DNA of 64,000 nucleotides, taken from IMG/VR virus record IMGVR_UViG_3300035428_000399, positions 25,124 through 89,123 of that record, one strand, 5' to 3'. Origin of the DNA: a virus (lineage: Duplodnaviria; Caudoviricetes). The notes beneath the pieces were generated by a model. The model was not told the origin of the DNA. It searched no databases and was given only the letters and a program-made list of their open reading frames with translations. The translations under genes and the position numbers were made by a program. Below are positions 19,639-28,675 of the stretch, one piece after another. How positions within the stretch are numbered: position 1 is the stretch's first letter; every line of letters starts with the position of its first letter.

Positions 19639-20039
19639 GCAAGCACATTGGCGATGGAGAATGGGTCTACGGGTCGTTACTTCAGGAGCAGATAAGTGGA
19701 TGCACAACCGAGAGCATTATTGTCGATCATGGTTTCGTCCGAAAGTACAAGCAGGCCCAGGTTGGCACCGTCGGACAGTTTACCGGTATGACCGACTGCG
19801 ACAAGAGGGATATCTATGAGGGCGATACTCTTATTGAGCCATCCGTTGCAACAATTCCTCTTGAAGTGAAGTACAACGAGAAGCAATGCGCGTTCTGTCT
19901 CATCGAGCACACCCACACCGAAGGGCCATTGCTGGGAACGTGCCCTCTGGGCGATATGCTCCGGCATTATCCTTCCATGAAAGTGGTAGGTAACATACAC
20001 GATAACCCCGAAATTTTAACAAAATGGCAAACGAAATAA
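19629..20039 (+). CDS. YopX-family protein
   Basis: WVYGSL, TVGQFTGMTD, IYEGD and VVGNIHDNPE motifs. Confidence 0.85.
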   Translation: MELGKHIGDGEWVYGSLLQEQISGCTTESIIVDHGFVRKYKQAQVGTVGQFTGMTDCDKRDIYEGDTLIEPSVATIPLEVKYNEKQCAFCLIEHTHTEGPLLGTCPLGDMLRHYPSMKVVGNIHDNPEILTKWQTK

Positions 20040-20227
20040 CACCAGCCGAAGCAAGGAAAGCGATGATTTACTGCATCGACCAACTCATTGCCGGACTCCA
20101 GCGTAACCGCGAGATTTTAGCATCGGGCGGTCGTCTTGAGAACGAGCATTGGACTGACATCGCCGGAATATTGCGCGAGAATATGAATCTGCTGGGGAAC
20201 CAGGACAAATACCTTACAGAAGACTGA
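20024..20227 (+). CDS. Hypothetical protein
   Basis: Co-oriented 67-aa ORF. Confidence 0.55.
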   Translation: MANEITPAEARKAMIYCIDQLIAGLQRNREILASGGRLENEHWTDIAGILRENMNLLGNQDKYLTED

Positions 20228-20231
20228 TAGA

Positions 20232-20495
20232 ATGGTACGCAAAGTATGGTACGAGGCCATAGACCCCTATTACTCTGATTGTGTGCAAACATTTATCGGC
20301 GCAAGCTGGGAAGATCTCGACAATCAGGAATACGAGCATGATAAATGGCTCGGTCGGGAACACCCCGCCGGCATTAGATTTATCTACAATAAGCATACAA
20401 TCTATGAAAGTGATTGTTCAGACTATGAAAAGGAGATTCACGAGACTTACTACAAAAAGTATCTCCAGAAGAATAAATCCCGTGAGGAAGATTGA
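20232..20495 (+). CDS. Hypothetical protein
   Basis: Co-oriented 87-aa ORF followed by a hairpin at about 20519-20545. Confidence 0.6.
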   Translation: MVRKVWYEAIDPYYSDCVQTFIGASWEDLDNQEYEHDKWLGREHPAGIRFIYNKHTIYESDCSDYEKEIHETYYKKYLQKNKSREED

Positions 20496-20576
20496 ACGAA
20501 GCAAGTTAACCACATCGGCGCAGCTTTATCGTGAGATACGGCTGCATCATTATTTATGCGTAAGACTCTAAAAGTC

Positions 20577-20670
20577 TTGCAGATGCGATTAAAATAGTTG
20601 CTCTAAAATTTGCGTATGTGATTATTTATTGCTACTTTTGTATATGCAAATAAGATGATTTAATCAAAAC
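20577..20670 (+). promoter_or_regulatory. Repeated phage promoter module, copy c
   Basis: TTGCAGATGCGATTA (20577) and TTGCGTATGTGATTA (20610); -7 TACTTTTG 20633-20640. Confidence 0.85.
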
Positions 20671-20680
20671 CGAAAAGACC

Positions 20681-20899
20681 ATGATAGAGAAAGCCAAAAT
20701 CCTCAAAATAGAGAACGCCAAACAGAGTATGGCAAACCTCCTGATGGCACTGAACGTCAAGTTCGCCTACGACTTCGGAACGTTCTACATCCTCAATACC
20801 CACAACCCCGAAAAGTTCCGCAACTTCTGTATGAAAAACGGAGTGAGTGAGTCCGAGTTAAACTCGATGACTATTACAGAAGTAGAAAACGAATTATAA
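20681..20899 (+). CDS. Hypothetical protein
   Basis: 72-aa ORF after promoter copy c, followed by hairpin GGCCCTGC-TTCG-GCGGGGCC. Confidence 0.65.
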   Translation: MIEKAKILKIENAKQSMANLLMALNVKFAYDFGTFYILNTHNPEKFRNFCMKNGVSESELNSMTITEVENEL

Positions 20900-20962
20900 G
20901 AATTACACTTCATCTTAGGCCCTGCTTCGGCGGGGCCTAATACTTCACACCCCTACGCAAAT

Positions 20963-21205
20963 ATGAGCGCACAAAACGAAAAGAAAAAGTATCTCCGTTG
21001 CGTCAAGGAATTCCTCTGCCGCGTGAATGTTCCCGGAGCGATGAACCATATCGATGATGATGCTTTCATGATGGAGCGAGTGTTCCCCATCGCAAACGAG
21101 CAATTCAAAGTCGAGTATTGGCGATATAAAAGTGCCGACCATTACCTGCGCAATAAGGATTTCTACGAGAATCCTGCAAACTACGAAATTCACCCGATTT
21201 TTTAA
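20963..21205 (+). CDS. Hypothetical protein
   Basis: Co-oriented 80-aa ORF. Confidence 0.6.
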   Translation: MSAQNEKKKYLRCVKEFLCRVNVPGAMNHIDDDAFMMERVFPIANEQFKVEYWRYKSADHYLRNKDFYENPANYEIHPIF

Positions 21206-21223
21206 CAACATAATCATCCGAAC

Positions 21224-21856
21224 ATGGAAAAGAAGATTATCAAAGCGATGTACTCAACCATCGTAAGCAAGGACCCCGTCCGCCCGACCATGACGGGAGT
21301 GTTCTTCGACAAAGACTGCTGTGTCGCAACTGACACGCACATTCTTGTGGTATACCACCACGCCAACCCCAAGCACACCGGCAAGATCCTCGACGCCGCC
21401 GGAGAGGAAATCAAGGGCACATTCCCCAACTACAAGCGTGTGTTCCCGTCAAAGGAACGCATGAACCATTACCACCCGCGTATAGACCTCGTCCAACTCC
21501 AGAAAGCCTGCGCATGGTTTACCCGTCAGCCCGGCTTCACTGACAAGGATGTGGTAGTGATACGCGGAAAGGGTCTCTCCATCAAGTATCTCTCCACCCT
21601 GCTCAATCTCTTCGCTCTTACGCCGGAAATAAAGTCGGCCGAGATATTCCAGACTCCTGAAGCCAACGCCGCCGTCATCAAGTCCAAGAACATATCCGCG
21701 CTGCTTATGCCCATGATGGTGGAAGAAGCCAAGGTCGACGCGCCCCGTGCCGACGACTGCCCCGTAGTTCTCACTCTCGAGAACCTCATCAACCAGTTCG
21801 TATTCGAGGGTTGGAAGCCCAAGCCAGTGGAAGACCCGATGGCGTGGCTCGACTAA
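21224..21856 (+). CDS. Protein with beta-clamp-like N-terminal segment
   Basis: SKDPVRPTMTGVFF...VATDTHIL resembles the DnaN S.D..RP.L.GV...ATD.HRL motif; much shorter than DnaN. Confidence 0.5.
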   Translation: MEKKIIKAMYSTIVSKDPVRPTMTGVFFDKDCCVATDTHILVVYHHANPKHTGKILDAAGEEIKGTFPNYKRVFPSKERMNHYHPRIDLVQLQKACAWFTRQPGFTDKDVVVIRGKGLSIKYLSTLLNLFALTPEIKSAEIFQTPEANAAVIKSKNISALLMPMMVEEAKVDAPRADDCPVVLTLENLINQFVFEGWKPKPVEDPMAWLD

Positions 21857-21893
21857 TCAGCAATAGAATCACTCAAAATTAAATATCAATAAA

Positions 21894-23726
21894 ATGCAAG
21901 TAAGAAATATCGCACTCAGCGAGATTGTTCCCAGCGAACTCAATCCTCGCAAGACGTTCAGCCAGGAAGAACTCGAAGAACTCGCCCAGAGTATCAAGGA
22001 GAACGGCCTCATTCAGCCCATCACTCTCCGCAAAATCGGCAACAAGAAAGACTCCAAGTATGAAATCGTGTGTGGCGAACGCCGTTTCCGCGCCTGCCAG
22101 CTCATCGGAGCCAAGGACATCCAGGCCGTCGTCAAGGAACTCAACGACAAGCAGGCTTTCGCTTGCATGATTATCGAGAACCTGCAGCGCAAGGACATCG
22201 ACCCGATGGAAGAAGCCGCCGCCCTTAACCGCCTCTACGCCGAAGGCACCGTAACGGTAGTGGAAATGGCGAAGATGCTCGGCAAAAGTACAAGTTTCGT
22301 TTCGGGTCGCATCCAGCTCCACAATACCATCGAGCCGTTTGTCAAGCTCATGCGCGACGGCGTTCTGGTCCTGACACATCTTCTCGACATCTGCAAGCTG
22401 CCCGCTGAGCAACAGCAGACTCTCTACGACTCGTGTTTCACCGAGGCAAGCCGCGAGCGTTGGCCGTACAAATTCCCCAACATGCCCCAGCTCCACGAAA
22501 TGATAGACGAGCATGTCATGAACCATCTGTCTACGGCCCGATTCAGTCTTACAGACGACACCCTCGCCGGCGCGTGTGCCTGCGACAAGTGTCCTCTCAA
22601 CACCGCCAACAATCCCGACAATGCCCGCGATGTCAGCACTCCGCGTTGCATGAAGCGAGAATGCTTCCTCGCCAAGGCCCGCGAGTCAATCTTCCGCGAG
22701 GCTAAGGAAGCCTCCAAGAACGGCATCAAGATTGTCTTCGCCGGTGATTATGCGGAGAGCGAAGCGCTCCTGCAGGCCGCAGATGAATATGGTCTGGTCG
22801 TTTCGGGTCTCGGCAACCGTCAATATGTGGCGGAGCCGGTAGCTCCTGACCCCGCGCAGTATAAAGACGAAGAAACCTATGCAATCCGCAAGGCGAACTA
22901 CGACAAGGTCCGCGCCGTCTTCGACGACAATCTCAAGGACGGCACCATCACCCCGGTCTACGAGATATGCTTCAGCGGACTTCTCAGTGGCGAAACCAAG
23001 TATGTCTACTATGTGCCCGACACTGAGGAAGAGCCGTTTGCCGGCAACAAGCTCGCCGACAACAATCGTCGTATCTCCGAACTCAAGGTCAAGCTCCACG
23101 AAGCCAACGAGCACCGCAAGGAAGAGTTTGTTGAACGTCAGCGCTCGTTCATGGAATCGGCCGAGTATTCCACGCTCAACACCGACCTCTCACCCGTAGA
23201 ATCGCTCATTTTCCGTGCGCTCGTCCTCAAGCGTCTGCCCGTGGCATTCAAGGAATCCATCGGCTGTGGCGAAGCCCAGGCCAAAGACTTCCGCGAAGCC
23301 GGCGGATCTGTCGAAAAGAACTTCAACGCCATTGCCCGCGAATTTATTCGCTCAATTCTTTCCGAAAAGAGCGTGAACTTCTCGCCTGAATTGGCAGAAA
23401 TGCTCTCAGCAATCATGGAAGACCGCTACGCTCATAACGTCGATGAGATTGCCAAACAGCTCGACGCACGATATAGCCAGTCTAAGGCCGGCATTCAGGC
23501 CAAGATCGACGAACTCCGCGAGGAGAACGAGAAAGAAATCCAATCGCAAGCCGCTATCAGTCCCGACGCTAAAGCCGAAGAAGCAACCGAAACCGGCGAA
23601 GCCGAGCCGACCGACACAACCGAGGTAGAAGAGGCGGAATCGCCCAGTGTGCCGGACGCACCCGAAGAAGTCGAAGAAACTCCTGACGCTACAGATGCGG
23701 CCGAGGACACCGACAAGGAAGAATAA
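21894..23726 (+). CDS. ParB/RepB/Spo0J-family protein with long C-terminal extension
   Basis: NPRKTF, ELAQSIKENGLIQPITLR, YEIVCGERRFRA and IIENLQRKD motifs; Cys cluster CACDKCP...C..C; acidic tail. Confidence 0.88.
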   Translation: MQVRNIALSEIVPSELNPRKTFSQEELEELAQSIKENGLIQPITLRKIGNKKDSKYEIVCGERRFRACQLIGAKDIQAVVKELNDKQAFACMIIENLQRKDIDPMEEAAALNRLYAEGTVTVVEMAKMLGKSTSFVSGRIQLHNTIEPFVKLMRDGVLVLTHLLDICKLPAEQQQTLYDSCFTEASRERWPYKFPNMPQLHEMIDEHVMNHLSTARFSLTDDTLAGACACDKCPLNTANNPDNARDVSTPRCMKRECFLAKARESIFREAKEASKNGIKIVFAGDYAESEALLQAADEYGLVVSGLGNRQYVAEPVAPDPAQYKDEETYAIRKANYDKVRAVFDDNLKDGTITPVYEICFSGLLSGETKYVYYVPDTEEEPFAGNKLADNNRRISELKVKLHEANEHRKEEFVERQRSFMESAEYSTLNTDLSPVESLIFRALVLKRLPVAFKESIGCGEAQAKDFREAGGSVEKNFNAIAREFIRSILSEKSVNFSPELAEMLSAIMEDRYAHNVDEIAKQLDARYSQSKAGIQAKIDELREENEKEIQSQAAISPDAKAEEATETGEAEPTDTTEVEEAESPSVPDAPEEVEETPDATDAAEDTDKEE

Positions 23727-23785
23727 ATCATCAATCTCATTCATGGGTGCGGGCACCTCGCTCGCACCATAAACCTATTTCAAAA

Positions 23786-24391
23786 ATGAAATTAACATTA
23801 CAGAAACTGACTCAATGGCACCACAACGAGTTGTACAACATCGCGCTCTCCGGCCCTATGTCTCCAATGTCTGCGGCGAAAGACTTTGTGTCGAAAGTCT
23901 TTGAGGAAGGCAACATGGTTATCACGGGCCTTTTCAGAATCCAAGGCGACGGAGAGACAACCTTCACTACATGGGAGAACGCTGACATCGAGCCGGTGCA
24001 AGTGGACGTAATCTGTTGTATCCTCAACTTCCGGCACATGGCTGTCTTCGGAGAAATCGGGAGTCGCTATATGCCAATCGCCCTCATTCTTGATGGCGAA
24101 GCGCAGTTCAGCGAACTATACACCACCTACAAATGGGAATCGGCACCGACCATTCAGGAGGTTGCCGATGTCCTCAGCACAATCAATCTCGCCGAACTCA
24201 AGAAGCAATTCGAGGACTATCGGTGGACTGTCAAGGGCCTGCAAGCCGATGATTGGATGCTCGACCAGCCAATGAAATCCCAGCTTACAATCCTTGGCGA
24301 GAAAATCCCCCGCGACGCCCTAATTAAATGGGATGCCATGAGCCCTCAAGAGAAATATAAAATCTATAAACAATGGACGGCGAAGTCATAG
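23786..24391 (+). CDS. Hypothetical protein
   Basis: Likely start at MKLTLQ (23786). Confidence 0.65.
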   Translation: MKLTLQKLTQWHHNELYNIALSGPMSPMSAAKDFVSKVFEEGNMVITGLFRIQGDGETTFTTWENADIEPVQVDVICCILNFRHMAVFGEIGSRYMPIALILDGEAQFSELYTTYKWESAPTIQEVADVLSTINLAELKKQFEDYRWTVKGLQADDWMLDQPMKSQLTILGEKIPRDALIKWDAMSPQEKYKIYKQWTAKS

Positions 24392-24633
24392 TTCTTCAGG
24401 CAGGCGATCCCTAGCTCTCCACGAGCAGCCTGCGTACCGTCGGCATATTCTCCGATGAGGAACACTTCACGGAGTTTGCCGACAAAATGCTTGAGAAAGG
24501 AATTATATCCGATTGGGGCTACAAGAGCCTCACGGGATATTATGGCATGGGCCGGCAGTGCGACATCAAGAATGGCGCTCTTCTGGTAACGAAAGAACCC
24601 GTCAATCCCTCCATTGATTCCGTTGACCTCTAA
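24373..24633 (+). pseudogene. 86-codon ORF interrupted by an in-frame TAG at codon 14
   Basis: MDGEVIVLQAGDP*LSTSSLRTVGIF...DSVDL*; TAG at 24412-24414 with the frame open on both sides. Confidence 0.55.
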
Positions 24634-24694
24634 TTGTTCGGGGCGTATCCGTTTGGGTGCGCCCCTTTGCTTTACTATCAATCGCCCGAATAAA

Positions 24695-24786
24695 TTGCAG
24701 ATTTGATTAAAACAACCTCTCTAAAATTTGCGTATATGATTATATTTGATTACTTTTGTATATGCAAATAAGATGTTTAATCAAAA
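24695..24786 (+). promoter_or_regulatory. Repeated phage promoter module, copy d
   Basis: TTGCAGATTTGATTA (24695) and TTGCGTATATGATTA (24728); -7 TACTTTTG 24751-24758. Confidence 0.88.
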
Positions 24787-24797
24787 CTCAAAGAACG

Positions 24798-25139
24798 ATG
24801 AAACTAAAGAAAATCACTCTCTACTACCGAGAATTGAAAGAATGGCTCGAAATGACAGACTCAGAGCTTGACGGTAAGAATGTGATAATATTCAAGACCC
24901 CGGAAGGTGGTCTGGGAATCCGTGAACAGTGCCACGGTTGGAAAACCGGCGATTGCGTCTGGACCGCAGACGGGCAGAAGCCCTCTACTGTAATCGCCGT
25001 CGCCTCTCACAAGGTCATCGAGAAACTGCTTGAAGTCTTCGGGAGAGCAACCTACATCGTCAACCGATTCATCTGCGAGGCAGAACGTATGGCTTACCTC
25101 GCCGACATGGAAAAGGAATTATTAACCATAGCTGCCTAA
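24798..25139 (+). CDS. Hypothetical protein
   Basis: Start MKLKK after promoter copy d. Confidence 0.65.
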   Translation: MKLKKITLYYRELKEWLEMTDSELDGKNVIIFKTPEGGLGIREQCHGWKTGDCVWTADGQKPSTVIAVASHKVIEKLLEVFGRATYIVNRFICEAERMAYLADMEKELLTIAA

Positions 25140-25143
25140 CTTC

Positions 25144-25569
25144 ATGGACGCATCACAAGAAATAAAGATTCTCCAATCACTCAAAGGAGACACCTACTTC
25201 GCACAGGTATTCAAGCCGGAGACCATCGACGCTATGTGCGAGAACATTCGCAAGGACTTTATGATAGACTGCGGCGTAGATGTATTCGAGAACTGCCACG
25301 CAGCAACCAAAGCAAGAAGCGAGGCGAATATATTAAAAGGACAGCTCGATGAGAGGGATAACGAGGTAGAAGACTTACACCAGCAGAAAGATGAAGTGGT
25401 GGATTTCTTGATAGAGCAAGCTTGTCTTTCATCTGATTCAACCACGAAGAAGCATCTCTACGAGAAAGCATCCGAAATAATTGGTACTAAAGAAGTAATC
25501 CGACGCAAAATTAAAGCCGGCCATACTCTTAACAACCACGACTTAGAGTGGCTGGCTCAAAATCTATAA
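25144..25569 (+). CDS. Hypothetical protein
   Basis: Co-oriented 141-aa ORF with a coiled-coil segment. Confidence 0.65.
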   Translation: MDASQEIKILQSLKGDTYFAQVFKPETIDAMCENIRKDFMIDCGVDVFENCHAATKARSEANILKGQLDERDNEVEDLHQQKDEVVDFLIEQACLSSDSTTKKHLYEKASEIIGTKEVIRRKIKAGHTLNNHDLEWLAQNL

Positions 25570-25574
25570 AGATA

Positions 25575-25907
25575 ATGAACACCACACCTATATCATTCGC
25601 TGACCTCCGCAAGATAGATGTCAGCAACACTGCCGTGATGTTAGCCCTATATATCCCCGAAGATCAGGATTGGGATGAGGCTAACCGTTACTTCCAAGAA
25701 GACACGGGATTTGCCCCAGGCAAGAACCTCACCGGATGCCGACGCATAACTGGCAATATCCTTGGCGACGAGGGCCGACATGATTATCTTCTAGAATTCG
25801 ATCACCCTGAAATTCCGTTCAATCCCATTGCTCGTCTCATGTTCAACGACATCAAGTGGACGGACGACTTTATCAATAACTACGCAAAAGACTACGAAGA
25901 TGATTGA
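25575..25907 (+). CDS. Hypothetical protein
   Basis: Likely start MNTTP. Confidence 0.6.
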   Translation: MNTTPISFADLRKIDVSNTAVMLALYIPEDQDWDEANRYFQEDTGFAPGKNLTGCRRITGNILGDEGRHDYLLEFDHPEIPFNPIARLMFNDIKWTDDFINNYAKDYEDD

Positions 25908-26199
25908 CAACGAAGAATATACCCTCGAAGACCTAAAAAAGTCTATGATGAATGAGGCATGTCCTCGAATGAAAGCATTCTTCAGTGACCTGCTCGACGA
26001 TTTTAAAAGATTAGACAATATGAAGATCGGGCAGACTGCACAGTGGTTTTACCGCGTAAATGGCACAGCCCTCAGCATTGAGGATCCCGAAGAATTCCAG
26101 CGCAACTACAATTTCTGGGAAAGGCAGGTATTCAAAGTATTCACCATTCTCTGCACAGGTAAAGATTCTTTCTCTGTAATGGAGAACCCAAAGCACTAA
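25900..26199 (+). CDS. Hypothetical protein
   Basis: Likely start MIDNEE overlapping the upstream stop. Confidence 0.6.
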   Translation: MIDNEEYTLEDLKKSMMNEACPRMKAFFSDLLDDFKRLDNMKIGQTAQWFYRVNGTALSIEDPEEFQRNYNFWERQVFKVFTILCTGKDSFSVMENPKH

Positions 26200-26203
26200 A
26201 GAC

Positions 26204-26395
26204 ATGGAGACAACCTATTATAATCCAAAGACACAGCAGGTCAACAAAAAAACTATTGAAAAGCCCTGGGCCATCCCCTCAATTACGAAGAGGAAGAGTA
26301 CGCAATCTATTATTACGAATCCGGCTACGAAGGTATGCCCCGATTTCGGCTCGGAAAGAATGTCAGACTTCTGCCAGATGCTATATGGAGGATAA
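26204..26395 (+). CDS. Hypothetical protein
   Basis: 63-aa co-oriented ORF filling the gap. Confidence 0.45.
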   Translation: METTYYNPKTQQVNKKTIEKPWAIPSITKRKSTQSIITNPATKVCPDFGSERMSDFCQMLYGG

Positions 26396-26399
26396 GACT

Positions 26400-26873
26400 A
26401 TGACAAGCGAAGAAAGTTTTGCCCGCTATGAGGCAATCAAAGCCGAAGAATATCCCGACCGCGAGAAAGAACGCGAGGAATGGAAAGCGGCTTTCGGAGA
26501 CGCCAAAAGGCGTCAGGAGATAAGCAAGCGATACTCTGCGTGGCGCGATGATAAAGAACGGCGTGAGAACGAAGCCTTAAAAGCCCTTGTGCCGCGTGTA
26601 GGACTGCCGTGTACTGTATATTTCTATACAGACAGACACGCCGCCACAGTAACGCGGATCATTAGCCCCTGCAAGGTTGCCGTCCGCGACAATCAGGTGG
26701 AGTGTATTGATTACCATGCCGGCAGGTATAAGATTCTCCCTGAATTGGAAGGCGGAGAGTACATATTCACGAAGCGTTCCAACGGCAAGTGGATTATGGA
26801 AGGCCACCATTCCAAAGACGGAGTGCGGTTACTCCTGCATTATCAAAGTCATTATATAGACCCGGAATTCTAA
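26400..26873 (+). CDS. Hypothetical phage protein
   Basis: Likely start MTSEE; VG..CT.Y.YTDRHAATV and Y.DPEF motifs. Confidence 0.65.
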   Translation: MTSEESFARYEAIKAEEYPDREKEREEWKAAFGDAKRRQEISKRYSAWRDDKERRENEALKALVPRVGLPCTVYFYTDRHAATVTRIISPCKVAVRDNQVECIDYHAGRYKILPELEGGEYIFTKRSNGKWIMEGHHSKDGVRLLLHYQSHYIDPEF

Positions 26874-26874
26874 C

Positions 26875-27141
26875 ATGGGAAAGTTTATCGCTTATATAAT
26901 CGAGGACGGTGAGGTAGAATCTCTCGTCGATGATAATGATATAGAGGGTTTCCGTGAACATGTCACGGACGACAGTTTCCTTGACTATGACAAAGAGGAG
27001 TTTGACTCGGAGGAAGAGCGTAGCGGCTTTCTTCGGGGATTCTTCCACGGCTGTGATGAAAGAGCTCCAGCCGGGAAGGTTGTACTCCTAAGCGACAACG
27101 AATATTACGAACCATTCATAGAAATATTAGAGAACCTATAA
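26875..27141 (+). CDS. Hypothetical acidic protein
   Basis: 88-aa co-oriented ORF. Confidence 0.6.
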   Translation: MGKFIAYIIEDGEVESLVDDNDIEGFREHVTDDSFLDYDKEEFDSEEERSGFLRGFFHGCDERAPAGKVVLLSDNEYYEPFIEILENL

Positions 27142-27156
27142 AGAACGCTAAGAATC

Positions 27157-27312
27157 ATGGAAGGAAAATCAGCAACTCTCAAGGTTCCGTACCTCGGCTA
27201 CCGAAATATAGTGCTAATAGAGTATTGGCCCACGATGTATAAGTGGGAAGTAGAAATTTGCGGCTCCGGCAAGCATATATGGGTCTACGCAGATGAATTT
27301 GAATTAGACTGA
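27157..27312 (+). CDS. Small hypothetical protein (51 aa, not in track)
   Basis: Translated by hand: MEGKSATLKVPYLGYRNIVLIEYW...ADEFELD*. Confidence 0.55.
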   Translation: MEGKSATLKVPYLGYRNIVLIEYWPTMYKWEVEICGSGKHIWVYADEFELD

Positions 27313-27324
27313 ACGTTCAAAGGT

Positions 27325-27501
27325 ATGATTGTAAAATCTTACGCCGTCTACTGCGATATTTGCGAAAGACCCCTCGGTTGCTACTACAACTATAAGCCAA
27401 CCGCAACAAAACTACGCGCGGAAGGCATCAAGATAGTCATCAACAATGGCAAGGCTCAAACACTTTGTGCCGGGTGCTACAATAAATTAGAGAAAAAATG
27501 A
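27325..27501 (+). CDS. Small CxxC...CxxC protein (58 aa, not in track)
   Basis: Translated by hand: MIVKSYAVYCDICERP...LCAGCYNKLEKK*; the stop overlaps the next ATG. Confidence 0.6.
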   Translation: MIVKSYAVYCDICERPLGCYYNYKPTATKLRAEGIKIVINNGKAQTLCAGCYNKLEKK

Positions 27502-27788
27502 GACAGATTTATACCCTATGCCATTCTTTTGAAGAGGCGAATGCCCTCGGCCACTTCATCATGTCTAAAGGCTATGAGGGGGTGCAGAACGACAGTTACC
27601 GATACTGCAAAGAAGCCATAAAATGGGCATTAAAAGAAAATGCCCGTCACCATCGTGATTATTGTTTCATCGGTGTAAATGGAGGTAGACTTGTAGTCGG
27701 TCAGAACAAAAAGGCAATGCGTAGGCAGCTATCATTGCATTACATAGAGAAAGAACGAATTTTCAGAGAATTAGTGTCGCAGATATGA
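27498..27788 (+). CDS. Hypothetical protein
   Basis: 96-aa translationally coupled ORF. Confidence 0.6.
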   Translation: MRQIYTLCHSFEEANALGHFIMSKGYEGVQNDSYRYCKEAIKWALKENARHHRDYCFIGVNGGRLVVGQNKKAMRRQLSLHYIEKERIFRELVSQI

Positions 27789-28150
27789 AAACTATTCTTA
27801 CGATAGAGCAATCAGCAGTGCTTACCAAGCATGGGGTGAAAGCAAGCAAGGCGCACGAAATCAAAGTCTACAATGACCCAATATCAGAATGGACCCATAA
27901 GGGGTGCCCACTATTCACTCTCGCCGATTTGCTCTCGCTCCTGCCGAAAACTATCAATCCCGGACGCTACTACCTTGATTTGAGTTACGGCTTCGGTGAT
28001 TGGACTGCATCGTATATCCTTTGGGATAATTGCGATGAGGGAACCTACATTAGAGACACGCAAGGAGAAAAGACCGCAGATGAATTAGTGGACGCACTCT
28101 ATAAGTTACTCCTGTGGGCAATCGAACACAGCCACGTTAAACTTGACTGA
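27785..28150 (+). CDS. Hypothetical phage protein
   Basis: FTLADLLSLLPK motif, coupled to the upstream gene. Confidence 0.65.
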   Translation: MKTILTIEQSAVLTKHGVKASKAHEIKVYNDPISEWTHKGCPLFTLADLLSLLPKTINPGRYYLDLSYGFGDWTASYILWDNCDEGTYIRDTQGEKTADELVDALYKLLLWAIEHSHVKLD

Positions 28151-28186
28151 TGATGGGAAAGTAAACTAAAATTTATCTTCAATGTA

Positions 28187-28405
28187 TTGGCGTGCACATT
28201 CGCCATGACAATCTTTGTTAGCTTGGTTATGGTGTTGAGTTCAATCGCTATGATATTGCTCCAAAAATTAGGAGGCTGGATTGGAATAGGTGATATTATT
28301 TTCACATTTATCGCTGCGTTCTACATAGTTAAAAAAGTATGGAATGTATTGGCTTGGGGCGTAGACAAACTTGCCCCCGATCACGAAACCGAAGATACTG
28401 AATGA
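28187..28405 (+). CDS. Small membrane protein (start uncertain)
   Basis: Two hydrophobic stretches. Confidence 0.45.
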   Translation: MACTFAMTIFVSLVMVLSSIAMILLQKLGGWIGIGDIIFTFIAAFYIVKKVWNVLAWGVDKLAPDHETEDTE

Positions 28406-28413
28406 CAAAGATA

Positions 28414-28651
28414 GACCAAGTGGCGGAATTGGCAAACGCTATTAAGCAGTAGGCTGATGCTCTAAGCTGAGGACGGTAGGAAATGACCGTCGGGAGAGTC
28501 CGGCGAAAAAGAGACCGGAAGAAAGCGGGTGAACGAAGCGGGAATCCGTGGATACCAAAACCTACAACAGCGGGACGTATTGATACCGTCCATAAAAGGT
28601 ATCTAAGTGAGCAGCACAACAGCTTTGCAGGTTCGAGTCCTGCCTTGGTCG
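28414..28651 (+). ncRNA. tRNA-shaped RNA (238 nt) with a structured insert of about 185 nt replacing the anticodon/variable arms
   Basis: Acceptor GACCAAG/CTTGGTC (7 of 7 pairs), D arm GCG-GAATTGGCAAA-CGC, T arm GCAGG-TTCGAGT-CCTGC, discriminator G, no encoded CCA, no anticodon arm. Confidence 0.8.
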
Positions 28652-28675
28652 CAAACTTTAAACAATGAAACGACA

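Noticed and set aside
28414-28651. tmRNA or ordinary tRNA
   Set aside because: No G3-U70 alanine identity, a full D stem is present, no Ala-ending tag frame was found, and there is no 7-nt anticodon loop.
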